Shown here one piece after another: positions 36,564 to 48,330 of a stretch of 64,000 nt of DNA (its first letter is position 1; each line of letters opens with the position of its first letter). The position numbers and the translations under genes are program-made. The notes under the pieces are model-generated. The model had not been told where the DNA came from and made no database searches. It saw only the letters and a program-made list of their open reading frames with translations. Source of the stretch: Neoconidiobolus thromboides FSU 785 (lineage: Eukaryota > Fungi > Entomophthoromycota); contig MU626289.1 of the NCBI GenBank assembly GCA_025603075.1, positions 84,086-148,085 of the forward strand, given 5' to 3'.

Positions 36564-37055
36564 TTAATTCAATTCCCCAATGATATACAAACCTTCTGAA
36601 TTCTCCGTCATGAAGCTACAAATGTCTTCTTTAGTAATCCAAATTTCATAATCAATTAATGTGAGAAATTCGAATTCCATATTATTTATGTCTCTTATTG
36701 AATATATCTTAGAGGCCTTAGATACTGCTCTGTTATTATATGGCTCAGTTGTGTATTTACAAGCAAGTAATAGAGAAGCTGTGAAAATTCGATGAATTGT
36801 ATCCGAAGTTCCTTTAGCATCACTTGGTAATCTGTTTTTTAAACGTTCACAATAAATTAAACAAATGACTGCTGTAAGTTTTTTAATTTGAATCTCAGCT
36901 AACAACGTATCGATGTATAGCATAAATTCAGGTACTCTTGTACGATTTATCATATCTTTGATTGGGACATAAATCGCACCGTTTACAAGTTCAGCTACAT
37001 ATGAGTTGTAGTTTGGAAATGGTTGATAGATTGGTTGTTCATATAAGTATACCAT
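36564..37055 (-). CDS. Minimal Pho85-type cyclin (Pcl1/2-like cyclin N domain), intronless, 163 aa
   Basis: ICLIYCERLKNRLP..GTSDTIHRIFTASLLLACKY..N..S..DINNMEFEFLTLIDYEI. Confidence 0.85.
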   Translation of the reverse strand: MVYLYEQPIYQPFPNYNSYVAELVNGAIYVPIKDMINRTRVPEFMLYIDTLLAEIQIKKLTAVICLIYCERLKNRLPSDAKGTSDTIHRIFTASLLLACKYTTEPYNNRAVSKASKIYSIRDINNMEFEFLTLIDYEIWITKEDICSFMTENSEGLYIIGELN

Positions 37056-39102
37056 TGTTAAATGTAATATGAATCAAAAAATAAATAATGAATTGAAGTT
37101 GGAAATAATAGTTAAAAAATCAGAATGAAATAAAATAAATTGAATAAATTTGATCTTGATTCTGTTTTCCTTATATACCTTTTTTTCCTGTGTAGTACAT
37201 ATTCCTCACATGAAAGATAAAGGTTTTAACAGCTTAAAATTCAGTGTAATCCAATTAGAATTTAGGCCTTATTAAAAAGACTATTTTTATCAATTTGTAC
37301 CCAAAAATGGGAGTTGAATCATGAATTAACAGCATAAAATTGGGAAATTTTATTAATTTAGTTTGGGGGCTTATTACGTGGGGTGGATAAAATAAATTAA
37401 GATTGATTGGCTAATAAAAGTGGTTTAATTGTTTATACTCAACCGTGATTGGTCTTATTCTCAGGTTGACAGATTTTTTTGATTTTACCTCTATTCATTA
37501 ACACAATAGTTGTTTTGGTGTTTTATTAAAATAAGTAAATATTATTTGGAATTAAATAAAATATTTTATTTGATTATTTTGATTAACTAAAAAGATTAAA
37601 AAGGAGGGGGTTTGATTCTTCATTTAAATTTCTACTATAAAAAACTAAATTTCTAAATCACAATAGTAATGATTGCGCATAATAGCTACAGATTAAAATT
37701 GAATTAAAAGGCAATAAAGATAATAATCACGGTTATTAACCAGGTCACACTTAATATTTATGTTATAAATTACATTTAACAATTACCCATCTTATTCTTT
37801 TATCAGCATCATGAGTTTACAATTCAAGCTTCATTTATGAGTTTCATATTGTTTCCATCAGTTTGTAAAAAATATCTTATTTATACAAAGCAAATCATAA
37901 GATTATGATTGTAGTGCAAGTTTTAAGATAAATTAAATAAATTATAAAATAAGTTATAAAAAAAACACTATTATGAAGAATTATATAATCTATTAAATAA
38001 AATGATTAATCCTACATTCATTCTTATAGTAATATTCGTTATTTATTATAAAAAAAGCTACTTTAATTTTAGTTTAAATAAACTTTTGAAATGTTTTAAT
38101 CTCAACTATTTAAATAGTGTTAGTTTGATGAATTTTATATTATGAATTATTGTTATGTGTATATTAAATTATAATTTGTGCTTTGAATAAAGTTATTTAA
38201 ATCTCTCTTATTTTTGTTTTATTATTTTTACTTCCTATTATTATTTTCAATTAATGAAGATTGCTTATTAATATATTGACATTGATTTGTGAAGTGCTTT
38301 TACTTTTATTTAAATAAAAGTATATATTATTTATATAGAAACAATTCTTTTATAGTAATGATTATTATCAATGTAATATAATCTTGATGCAGTAATTATT
38401 TATCATATTATTATATTTTATAGATTGTCATGAGATAATATAATAACTGGCTCAATCATTAAAGCGAGGTAATGGTTTTTAAAATTTAGAGCTTGACTTA
38501 CTTTATGTAGAAGAGTCCATTATTTATTTTATTACTTATTTAATAAATAATAGTCAAATTAAACTTTATATCAAAAAAGTGTAATTTATAATCAATTAAT
38601 AGTTACTTTGCCCATTTCAATTATTAAGCTTATTTTAAACTGTATTGGTCTCTACTCCTCATAAAAGGCCTCTTTTACTCGTTGAAATCTAATTAATTTT
38701 TTTATCAGACCACATATTAAAGAAGTGGGAAATACTTAATTTCCTGCTATATTCTTTAATTATCTAAAGTCATGTAGAAATTAGTGACCCTTCCAATAAC
38801 TTTCCTTTTTTTATTTTACCTCTCTAAATAAAGTCAAATAAAGGGTTATAATTTTTGGATCTGATGCCTTTAATATGGGCAAATAATAGCTGAGTTTAAA
38901 AATTAAACAAATATAACTTTCAATAACAGCAACTTAAATACTGACAGGAAAAACTGCCTACAAAATAAAAATTAATAATTTATATTTAATTTTACTCTCT
39001 TTCATTTTACGATTTATGTTAATAAATAAATAAATAATCTAAATTTAGGTATTAGCTTTTATTAAATAATTGTGATATTGAAGCTAATATTTCAAAATAA
39101 AG

Positions 39103-39207
39103 TATGGGAATGTCTTTTTTGACTTCATTATTTTTTCCATTTTTTAAGTGCTATTTAAGTGGAAAATTTGTTAGTAAGATTCTTAAATACAAAACACATC
39201 CCCATAT
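39103..39207 (-). mobile_element. ~105 bp MITE-like repeat, copy J
   Basis: tatgggaatgtc..aagtgctatttaagtggaaaatttgttagtaagattcttaaatacaaaacacatccccata. Confidence 0.85.
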
Positions 39208-39324
39208 ATAGAATATAATGCTAACTTAATTTAATAATAGAACTAACTTCTCAAGAGTTAAAAATAAGTCATATAACTAAAAATAACGTCAATATCAAAT
39301 TAAATTAAATTCGCTATAGATTAA

Positions 39325-39460
39325 TAGAGATCTTAGGTAGCTACTTCTAAAAGTTGATTTATTTAGTAAAATACGAAAATGGATTTAATTAATCTAGTAA
39401 AAATTTCGTCGTATTTTACTAAATAAATCAACTTTTAGGAGTAACTACCAGAGACCTCTA
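39325..39460. repeat. Foldback inverted repeat, 52 bp arms (inner 30 bp perfect) with a 32 bp loop
   Basis: 39325-39376 versus 39409-39460: 5 mismatches by manual alignment. Confidence 0.9.
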
Positions 39461-40594
39461 CTAGTGTAGCAATAGTGATAAAATGAGTTTAGATAAAAGC
39501 GTGAAGAATAAGATATAGAAGCCTTATAATAGCTACAAAACAGAAAAACATAATTAATAGTGTTATTTACTGTTTAATCTAAGACTCTGCCTTTCATTTT
39601 GTCTTTATATCTGAGTTTTTACTTTAGATATTTTTAATTAATATAGAATTAAAAGATACTTTTAAAAAGATAATCTAAACTTCTTTATTCTAATTTATTA
39701 TACTGAGCTTCAGTTATTCGATAATCTAAATAACACTTATTTTAAATTTAAGGTGGCTTACAGTTCCATTAGTTGTTTTAAAAATATTCGTTAATAAACT
39801 GACTTGGGAGCTTATCCATTTCAAGAACATAAAAAGCAATGACTTAAGAATCTATTTAATAAATTGATGACATCGATTAAAATCTATGTGTAGCTACAGG
39901 TCTTTTATAAAATCTCAGAATTATAAATAAGACTAAAAACTAGTATTGACCCTGTAATAAATAAAAGCTGATTTAAAATGGTACTAATAAAACTTGATTC
40001 TAAAGGTCAGTTTAATGAATGAGACAATAGTTATACCTATTTTTTAAATAGCATGTACAATCTTCGGTAAATTTTAAATAAAATAGAATTCTTCCATTAA
40101 TTCAACTAATTGATAATCTTTTTAAAGGCGGTTTTGTTACAAGTTAAAATAATGAAAAGTAAAAACAAAGTGAGATCAAACTTTCCTACTTTTATTCTAA
40201 ACATAAAGTTATTTAAAATAAAAATAAAGAGAATAAACAATTAAAACAGGCCAAAATAAATATCTAAGTCAACTTTTTAATTCAATAGCTCACTTATAGA
40301 AAACAAAATAAAAGTTGATTGAGGTTGTCAACTTTTTAACAAATTATTTAACTATTCTTTATATATAAGGTATACTATTGACTGTCAAATCAATCAATTA
40401 AAATCGATAAAAAAGTGGATTCCTGATAAAATAAGTTGCAAATAAAAAAAGGTAAAAAAATGGACGGGATTGATTGAATAATTTTTCGTGGGATTTTATT
40501 ATTTCTTTAGCAGATTTTACTAAAAAACAAGATAGTTTTAAACTAGTAATTAAAGTAGAATAAATTAAATTTTATTTGATGGATAAAAAGAAAA

Positions 40595-41713
40595 TTAGGC
40601 CCAAATCCCGATGATGGCCATCGAGGCAACTCCGAGGTAAAGAGCAATGAAACACAAAATTTTAGCAACTTTGGATTTTAAAACAAATTCCGATTTGGTA
40701 GAAATTTCTCTTGCAATCAATTCTACCAAAGCGGTGTAAATTAAAATACCAGCAGAAATCGCATCGAATACACCTTGAATAACTAAAGCAGTTGGCGAAG
40801 TATCGGAATAAGAGGTATGAATTAAGATTCCAATAGCAACTCCAATAGATGCAGTTATTGAGAAAGACAACACCATAAATATAGGCTTCAAGACAGTATT
40901 AAAATTTAAATCGGAGATACGAGCACCTAAGCCAATTCCTTCAAAAAATTGATGGAATACAATAGCTACTAATAAAGTAACCCATTGTGTCCCAGAAGTT
41001 ACACCTAAAGAGATACCAATAAAGATAGAGTGGGATAATATTCCTAATTCTAATATGTAAGTGGTTATTCTTGTTTCAAGCGAATCACTGCAATGCATTG
41101 CACAGCCGTGCTCCTCTTCGCCTATTAAGTCACTCCCCTTTACTACTTCTTCAATTTTATCTCTATTAAAATGAGCTAATAGTAAATACTCTAAAAGGTG
41201 AAGGACCAAGGCAGCAATCATTGCAATTAAAGTAGGGAAAGCACTATAAGTTTTAAATATTTTTGGGGCACACTCATGGGATAAATTATAAACGGAGGAC
41301 ATTAGCATGTGAATAAACCCAGTTGACAAAATTACTCCAGACCCAAAATGACGCCCAATATCAATGATTATGGTTGGTATTTTGATAAAACTTTGGCGTT
41401 TACTAATTGCTGTCATAGAGCACCCAACGAAACTCGCTACTGCTAATACTACTGCACCAATGATGTGTAAACCAAGGTCATACTCTCTCAGTACAGTTAT
41501 TTCACCACATACGCTTTCATGTTCATGCTCATGTTCATGTTCATGTTCATCCTCAGCATGACTATGGTCCCCGTGTCTACGCTTTATATTAACAACATGG
41601 TTTCGTGGTATTTCAATTGAACCACTCTCTCCTAAGCTGGACGATAATTGATTTAAAGATTCAGATAAAGCCAAGACACCAAATAAAGTGAGAATAAAGA
41701 TGAAAAATTTCAT
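40595..41713 (-). CDS. ZIP family zinc/iron transporter (Zrt1-like) with signal peptide and His-rich N-terminus, intronless
   Basis: HFGSGVILSTGFIHML; LELGILSHSIFIG; FHQFFEGIGLG; GILIYTALVELIA; N-terminal HGDHSHAEDEHEHEHEHEHE. Confidence 0.95.
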   Translation of the reverse strand: MKFFIFILTLFGVLALSESLNQLSSSLGESGSIEIPRNHVVNIKRRHGDHSHAEDEHEHEHEHEHESVCGEITVLREYDLGLHIIGAVVLAVASFVGCSMTAISKRQSFIKIPTIIIDIGRHFGSGVILSTGFIHMLMSSVYNLSHECAPKIFKTYSAFPTLIAMIAALVLHLLEYLLLAHFNRDKIEEVVKGSDLIGEEEHGCAMHCSDSLETRITTYILELGILSHSIFIGISLGVTSGTQWVTLLVAIVFHQFFEGIGLGARISDLNFNTVLKPIFMVLSFSITASIGVAIGILIHTSYSDTSPTALVIQGVFDAISAGILIYTALVELIAREISTKSEFVLKSKVAKILCFIALYLGVASMAIIGIWA

Positions 41714-42037
41714 ATCGAAATAATTATAAAAAGAAAAACTTTTGAAATTGATGGGTTGTAATTTCTCTCCTTTTATACCATTTTTTAAATTTAATTGATT
41801 ATTAATTTATTCTTAGAAGCTAATTTTATTCTATAGATAAATGTGACCATAGATTTTATTATTTTAAGAAATTGTCAATACTTTGTGCTAAGGCTAGAAT
41901 TTTCTTAGTAATCAGCTAAATAAATGGTGACTAAAGTGTGATTAGAACCTACCTGTTAGTGTTCAATTGTGATGGTCATTTAATAGTCAGATATGAAATA
42001 TACAAATATTTTTTATTTTTGTCTTTTGTAAAATATG

Positions 42038-42433
42038 ATAACTTCAAAAGTACTCTATTCCGTAATAGTGATTAAAAATTATCAATTGAATCAATTTATT
42101 CTCTAACTGAAAACATAAATGGTTGGAATGGAAATGAGTTTTAACAATAACTTCAAAGGTACTCATTGATTTTTGTAAATTTATTCAACTATTGGCCAAA
42201 TAGAATCACTCCTTCGCTAAAATTACATTTTATTCTCAAATCAATCAATCATTGATTTTTCTAATCTATCAAAATATCCAATGAGAAAGGATTAATCCAA
42301 AAAGGATTTAATTGAATTAGGCTAATTGGCTGATTATTTTCATCATTCTAAATGAATTAATTAAAAAGTTTCTATTCTTATCCAATTATATTATCTTCCA
42401 TAACCTCAAAAGTACTCATGGCTTTGAAGTTAT
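42038..42433. promoter_or_regulatory. Repeated element ATAACYTCAAARGTACTC (3 full copies plus 1 inverted partial) upstream of the ZIP gene; candidate zinc-responsive element
   Basis: Copies at 42038-42055, 42147-42164 and 42400-42417; inverted ctttgaagttat at 42422-42433. Confidence 0.65.
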
Positions 42434-43496
42434 ATAGTGTGTGGAACTTTTATTGTCATAGAAAGATTCTAGTCTTTGTTTAAAATAAAAAAAACAGTCT
42501 AAGTGTTTCTTCAATGCCATGATAAAGCTCGGGCCGAAAGTTTTATCGTTCCCATTTTTTTAGTTCATTTTTAGTTTACTAATAAAATTATAATAAATGG
42601 CCATTTTTTATAATATATCTAGGATTACAACTATTTATTACCATCGTTTTTATTTAAAGATAGTTTAATTTAGCATAAATCATAAAGAAAGATGATGTCA
42701 ACTTTTTTGTAAAAATAAATAAGGAGACTTTCAAATAGATAGTATTAATTATCAATATTAGCCTATTATTGTGATAAAAGATGGAAAGTTTTTATACAAA
42801 CATTATATGTAGTAATATAACTCCAACAAAGCAAATAATGGGATCCAGTTCTGGAATTAATTATTAAAATAAGGTAAAAAACCTATTAAGAGAATAATAG
42901 TAGAAATTTTAATTCTTTATAGCTTCTAAATAATAAGTTTATATTAAAATGCCTTAAATCTTAACTTCATTGTACATTTGGATATTTTTTTGTTTTCAAC
43001 AAATTACAATAGATTATAAAGTCTTAGAACTATGTCATAGTATATTAAATGGTAATTCATAAATTTTTTAAATTGTTAATTCCATCAAAGTTCAGTTATG
43101 CAAAAATCTAATTCAGTATTGCCATTCTAACTATTATTGTTGCCCAAAACTTATTATTTGCAAAATTCTAAGGAATCTTTGTATTTTAAATTGTATATAA
43201 TCTACAAAAGTCTTTTGTTTACAAATAATCATAGTCAATAAAAGGTTACTCTTTATATAACTCTGGAAAACAAATTTGACTAGCTTGCTAATGACTACTT
43301 AGTAAATTGGCTGAGTTTATTTTACAGAGCTATACAAATCTATTTAAGATACTTTAAATATACATTCTATTTAAATGTTTAATTTACCTCTATATCGAAA
43401 CAATAATATTATATATATTGTTATAGTAGAATGTATTTGGAGTAAGTCACATGTCATTTTTATTTGACATTTGGTATTTCTCTATCTTGTATCGAG

Positions 43497-43595
43497 ATAG
43501 GGATGTTTTTTTTGACTTCATTACTTTTTCCATTTTTTGAGTGCTGTTTGAGCAGAAAAATTATTAGTAGGTCTTGAGCAAAAAAATACATTCAC
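43497..43595 (-). mobile_element. ~105 bp MITE-like repeat, copy K (degenerate right end)
   Basis: atagggatgttttttttgacttcattactttttccattttttgagtgctgtttgagc..aaaaaaatacatt. Confidence 0.75.
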
Positions 43596-44759
43596 AAATT
43601 CTTACAGTATAAACTTAGTTCGTTCTTATTAAATCTAAATTGTCATGTTTTAATAAATATTTAGTTGATTTATTTAGTCGAAATTTATTAGTAAATTTAC
43701 ATAATTTTATAGCTGAAATAAATAGAAAGCTATAGAGAACTAAGTGATGTATTTGAGTTGCTTTTTTATCTTATATCAGTAGCATTCTAGTAGCTCAACT
43801 TTATTAAATATAACCATCTATGAATTATAGAATGAGGATGAAGTTAATAAATTTAATAAGTAATATATACAATCTAATAGCTTTTTATAAACCTCAGATC
43901 CCATGTATTTTATTAAATGAAGTTTGAATCCTTAGAAATCGTAATTACTGGCTATTTTCAATAACTTATCAAAATAAGTTAGAGTAATTTAGTAAGGGAC
44001 GAAAGGCTGTACTTTTTTTACCTATCATATAATAAAATCAATTAATTTTCAAGCCAAAATACCAGTATAAAATGTCATATAATTTTATTTAAAAAGACTG
44101 TTTCTCAAAGTAAAACTTCAGAGTTAAATCAAAAATCAAAAAATAGAATAACTTATTAAACTTTTTTTAGTTCTTGAATTTTCAAAACTTATAATAAATG
44201 ATCCTTTTTAAAAGTGGTTTTGGATGCAAATTTTTAAGCAGGGGGCTTTTTTTAAAACTTTTATATTTGATAGTTTTTAAGTATTTTATATAAACATTAC
44301 TTTAAGACTGATAATCAAAAAATAAAGTTTGAAATGAAGTTTTAAGTTTATAAAAGTATTATCTTATCTCTATTATATTTCATTTTCGATAGGATCCTAT
44401 TACAATTTATTAGCTATAATACTATATCAGCAAGTATTTTATTCTCTGAATACTATACATATAAACAAAGCTTTGTTTGAGCTATTAGATTGTTTAAGCA
44501 TGATACCCAAATATACAATTAACTAATATACAACATATGGTAAAATTTCTTTATAGTATAATTAGCAAAAGATTAAAATTAAAGAGTGTACAATTCGTGA
44601 AAATATAGAGATTAAAAATACAGATTTGATAAACTGGTTAAATATTACATGATTCCTACTAGGTAAATAAAAAAATATTAATTCAAAATATTAACAAAGG
44701 TATATAAGTACTTGAAAAAGAATACTTTATAAATGTATAAATTATGTTTAAATTACAAA

Positions 44760-45440
44760 CTACCTTTGATTAGTTTGAATTCGCGGTTTGGAGTTCCCAA
44801 ATAAAGTGTTAAATAGATACCTCTTTAAATAATCTAATATAACTAACCCTTTGAAATAAGTGTCGTCTCTTTGTGAGTCTGCTATTTGTATCAATTGCGC
44901 AGCATGGGAATAATAGTACAATGTGGTTGAATTGCTCATTCCTAAATCTGAATACATTGCAGCACAAGTACAAACACAAAAGAATAAGAAAGTTTCAGAA
45001 GGACTAGGATCGTTTGACCTTATCCTTTCTAAGTTGACAGCATTGACTGGACTCCCTAATACTGGATTAAGACTACTCATAAAATGATCTATTAGCTGTT
45101 TTTCTAAACCAAGCTTAGTTAGTTTTCCATCAATAAAATAAGGATTCTCTTCAACGCCACTTGGTTTTTCAACCTCACTTCGATGTATATCCCCTCTCCT
45201 ACTTTCACTATTATGGTCTCTATCTAAATTCGGGCTTTGCATTTCTTGAGTAAAGTTATTCGGTGAAGTAGTATCTGATAATCTTGATTTAGGTCCTCTT
45301 TTCTGAATTGGATCTCTAAAAGTGCAAACAAGGTTTCTTTTGGTACATGGTCCACAACTTCCTTCAAATGCTTCACATTTGACTCTGCGTGTTCGACATT
45401 GGTCGCAAGCTCTAAAGGTCATGTTTAGTAAATGGAACAA
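44760..45440 (-). CDS. Small Zn(II)2Cys6 transcription factor with a truncated middle-homology module, intronless, ~226 aa (paralogue 3)
   Basis: ACDQCRTRRVKCEAFEGSCGPCTKRNLVC binuclear cluster followed by KRGPK; C-terminal DPSPSETFLFFCVCTCAA..YYSHAAQL..RDDTYFKG..YL. Confidence 0.92.
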   Translation of the reverse strand: MFHLLNMTFRACDQCRTRRVKCEAFEGSCGPCTKRNLVCTFRDPIQKRGPKSRLSDTTSPNNFTQEMQSPNLDRDHNSESRRGDIHRSEVEKPSGVEENPYFIDGKLTKLGLEKQLIDHFMSSLNPVLGSPVNAVNLERIRSNDPSPSETFLFFCVCTCAAMYSDLGMSNSTTLYYYSHAAQLIQIADSQRDDTYFKGLVILDYLKRYLFNTLFGNSKPRIQTNQR

Positions 45441-46350
45441 AAAATTTCACAAATTATAAGCTATTTAGAAAATTATACTAGAACTAATATCTCTATCCAA
45501 TTATGATGCTTTATTTATCTTTTTGGGTTATGTGGTTGGTTATTTATAAGCATTTGAAGTGGAACATTCTTTATAACTCTATTCTTATTGGACAAATCAA
45601 TTAGGAGAATAATTGGATAAATTTAAGAACAAGATAGAACTATGATCCCAAAATTGCGCTCTGGGGAAACTCAGTTAATATTCAATTAACGTTGTTTTAT
45701 AAAATATCATATTAACTTATTATACTTGTTTGTCAACTTTGAAGTTAAATAATACAATGTCAAATCATTTTGAAATTCAAATCTATTAATTGTATATTTT
45801 ATGACACTATAAAAACGTTACTAAATAGAAAGCTGCATTATAATACTATTGATTTATTCAAAAAGCTCATATTATCCTAAAATCCCTTTATATTTTTAGA
45901 GACTATTAAGAACCATCAATAAATATATGGGAACAGCTTTTATTTCATCATGTGTCTATTTCTATATCCCATAAAATTTAAAAAGATTTTTATATAGCGT
46001 ATCTATTATTTTATTTTTAGTACATTGATTTATTTTATTTTCCCTTAATATATCACATTAAAATTTGGGCTTTTTTAAGACATGTTTAAGTTATATAATA
46101 CAAAAAAATAATAAACTGAATGAAAATGTAATAGAAATTGAATCAAAAGTAAAAAATATGTTATAAAACAGCTTACAATATATCTGAGTCGTTATTTTAA
46201 ATCCTATTATAATGGTTTATTATAGTAGTTTTAAATTTTGCTAATTTGTTCTTTTAAGTTATTTTATTAAATAATTTTAGCAAAACAAACAATTATCAAT
46301 CTAAAATACAAAATTTATAACGACATTATATATTAATAAAGTAATTTAGT

Positions 46351-46456
46351 ATATAGGGATGTATTTTTTTATTTAAAAATTTTACTAGCAACTTTTCCAC
46401 TTAAATAGTGCTTTAAAAATGGAAAAGTAATGAAATCAAAAGAATCATCCTCAGAT
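46351..46456 (+). mobile_element. ~105 bp MITE-like repeat, copy L
   Basis: atatagggatgtattttttt..ttttccacttaaatagtgctttaaaaatggaaaagtaatgaaatcaaaagaatcatcctc. Confidence 0.8.
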
Positions 46457-48330
46457 GTTTTTATTAATAATTAAGTTATATCAAAATTCAATAAACCTTT
46501 ATTTTGATTTTTAACTTTTAACTTGAATTTAAAAAAGCTTAGGTTATTATTAAAAGTATTATAGATGTTACTAAGCTATGGATACAGATATAATTATTGA
46601 AACTATAAATATTAGATTTAAAATGGAATACTGTAAATGTTTGTTCAATTATAGTTTTATAGTTTTAGTTTTTCTTAACTTTGTGTTGTATAAAAATGGA
46701 AAAAGTAAAAAGTGTTGTAGATTTAATAACAAATTTTGATAAACAATGGGACAGTAATATATGTACTATAGTATTTAATAATAACACTTTCAGTTTTATT
46801 TGTTTAACTAAAGAGATTGTGTGATACTTTTAAATTGATATACAAGGTAAAGTAGTACTTGGAGCTTTTAAAATAGCTTAACGAATATATAATATATAGG
46901 ACATCATTTAATTTATAATAAGGAATCGGGGTCCAGGGAGGTCAAGCAGACTTTGAGTTAAAATAGGAGCCCTACCGCAAGTTTATTAAATCAAAGTCAA
47001 GTTTACTAAACTAGTTTTTTGAAATAATTTAGTGTTTTTGCAACAGTTTTAATTAGTATAATAAAAAATACTTCTAGCTCGATATCTATTTACTATGCCC
47101 AGTATATTATTATTACTTAAACATAAACATGAGTTTAGATTTTACGATACTCATAAACATAAATCAAAATTAAAATAGTACCGTTTATAGCACTATTTAC
47201 TACTTGATGTGATTTTGAGCTCTTTTCAGTATAAAATTATTTGCTACAGTACGAAAAACAATAGAAATGATATGATACTCAAACTGTAGTTTAAAATTAC
47301 TCTATAAACAGCTATTATCCTTTTTTACTATAGCAGTAATTGATATTAATGTCATTAATAATGTTACTTTTTTCAAAGATTACTTTGGTTAATATTAAAC
47401 CTCTATTTTTCCCAGTTCAAGTTGAATATATTGATTTGAGTATAATTAATATATTAGGTCCTTCCATATGTGAGGAACTAATAAGCACTAGATAAAAACA
47501 ATTCATGGATTTTTAAGCGGCAATATTCTTGTAAAGATTCTCAGTATAATTAAATTAATAAATAATTTATAAATTTATGTTTAATAACGTCGAGATATAA
47601 CAAGTTGAAAGCTTAAAATTTAATTGTTCAAGTTTTATTTCAATAGTGTAATCTAATTGTTTTTATATCTCTTCAATTATATACATTATTTTGAATCTGT
47701 ACATAGTAAAATTAACTATAATTGTAAACTTTTGAATATTTTTGTAATTTATATACTTTTTAGACTCATATTAAAAAACTTTAACTAGAGATTAAAAACA
47801 ATAAAAGGCATCTAGCTGTAAACTGCTCTAATCTATTCATCTTATCAACTAGTAGTTACTAAATCTATTAGGAAATTTTATCTGGAATACATAAGCCTAG
47901 TTTAGATCTATTTGTTGTAGCTAATGTTTGAGTACAATTTCTTAGATTGCTTACTAAAGGATATAAGATAAATGTATTCAAATTACTCTTAGTTTAAAAT
48001 AAGTCAAAGATAACTTTGATATGATTGATTCTTTTTTGAATTTAAAAGCATCATAAAGCTTTAGACACTCTACTGTGTATTTTCTAGAATTCAAATGAAG
48101 GAAGCGAGAAGACTATAAATTTGAAAGGAGTAGATGTACGATGCATTTGCTCCAAAACTCAACTTGTTTAAAGTAATCAAGAGTCTTCAATCTTACAAGG
48201 TCAAAGACCAAGTTCTCCAAAAAATTCAATAAAATTGGCCAAAATTAATTAGAGTTTTAGTTTGAAGCATTAAACTTGTTTAAACCTAAAAGTGACTAAA
48301 ATGTAAAACAGCACAATATAATTTATTTAA

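Noticed and set aside
42526-42536. CGGGCCG possible Zn2Cys6 site upstream of the ZIP gene
   Set aside because: A single occurrence with no supporting context.
46921-46980. GC-rich patch ggggtccagggagg resembling TE hairpin motifs
   Set aside because: Single and short, with no complementary arm or second copy found.
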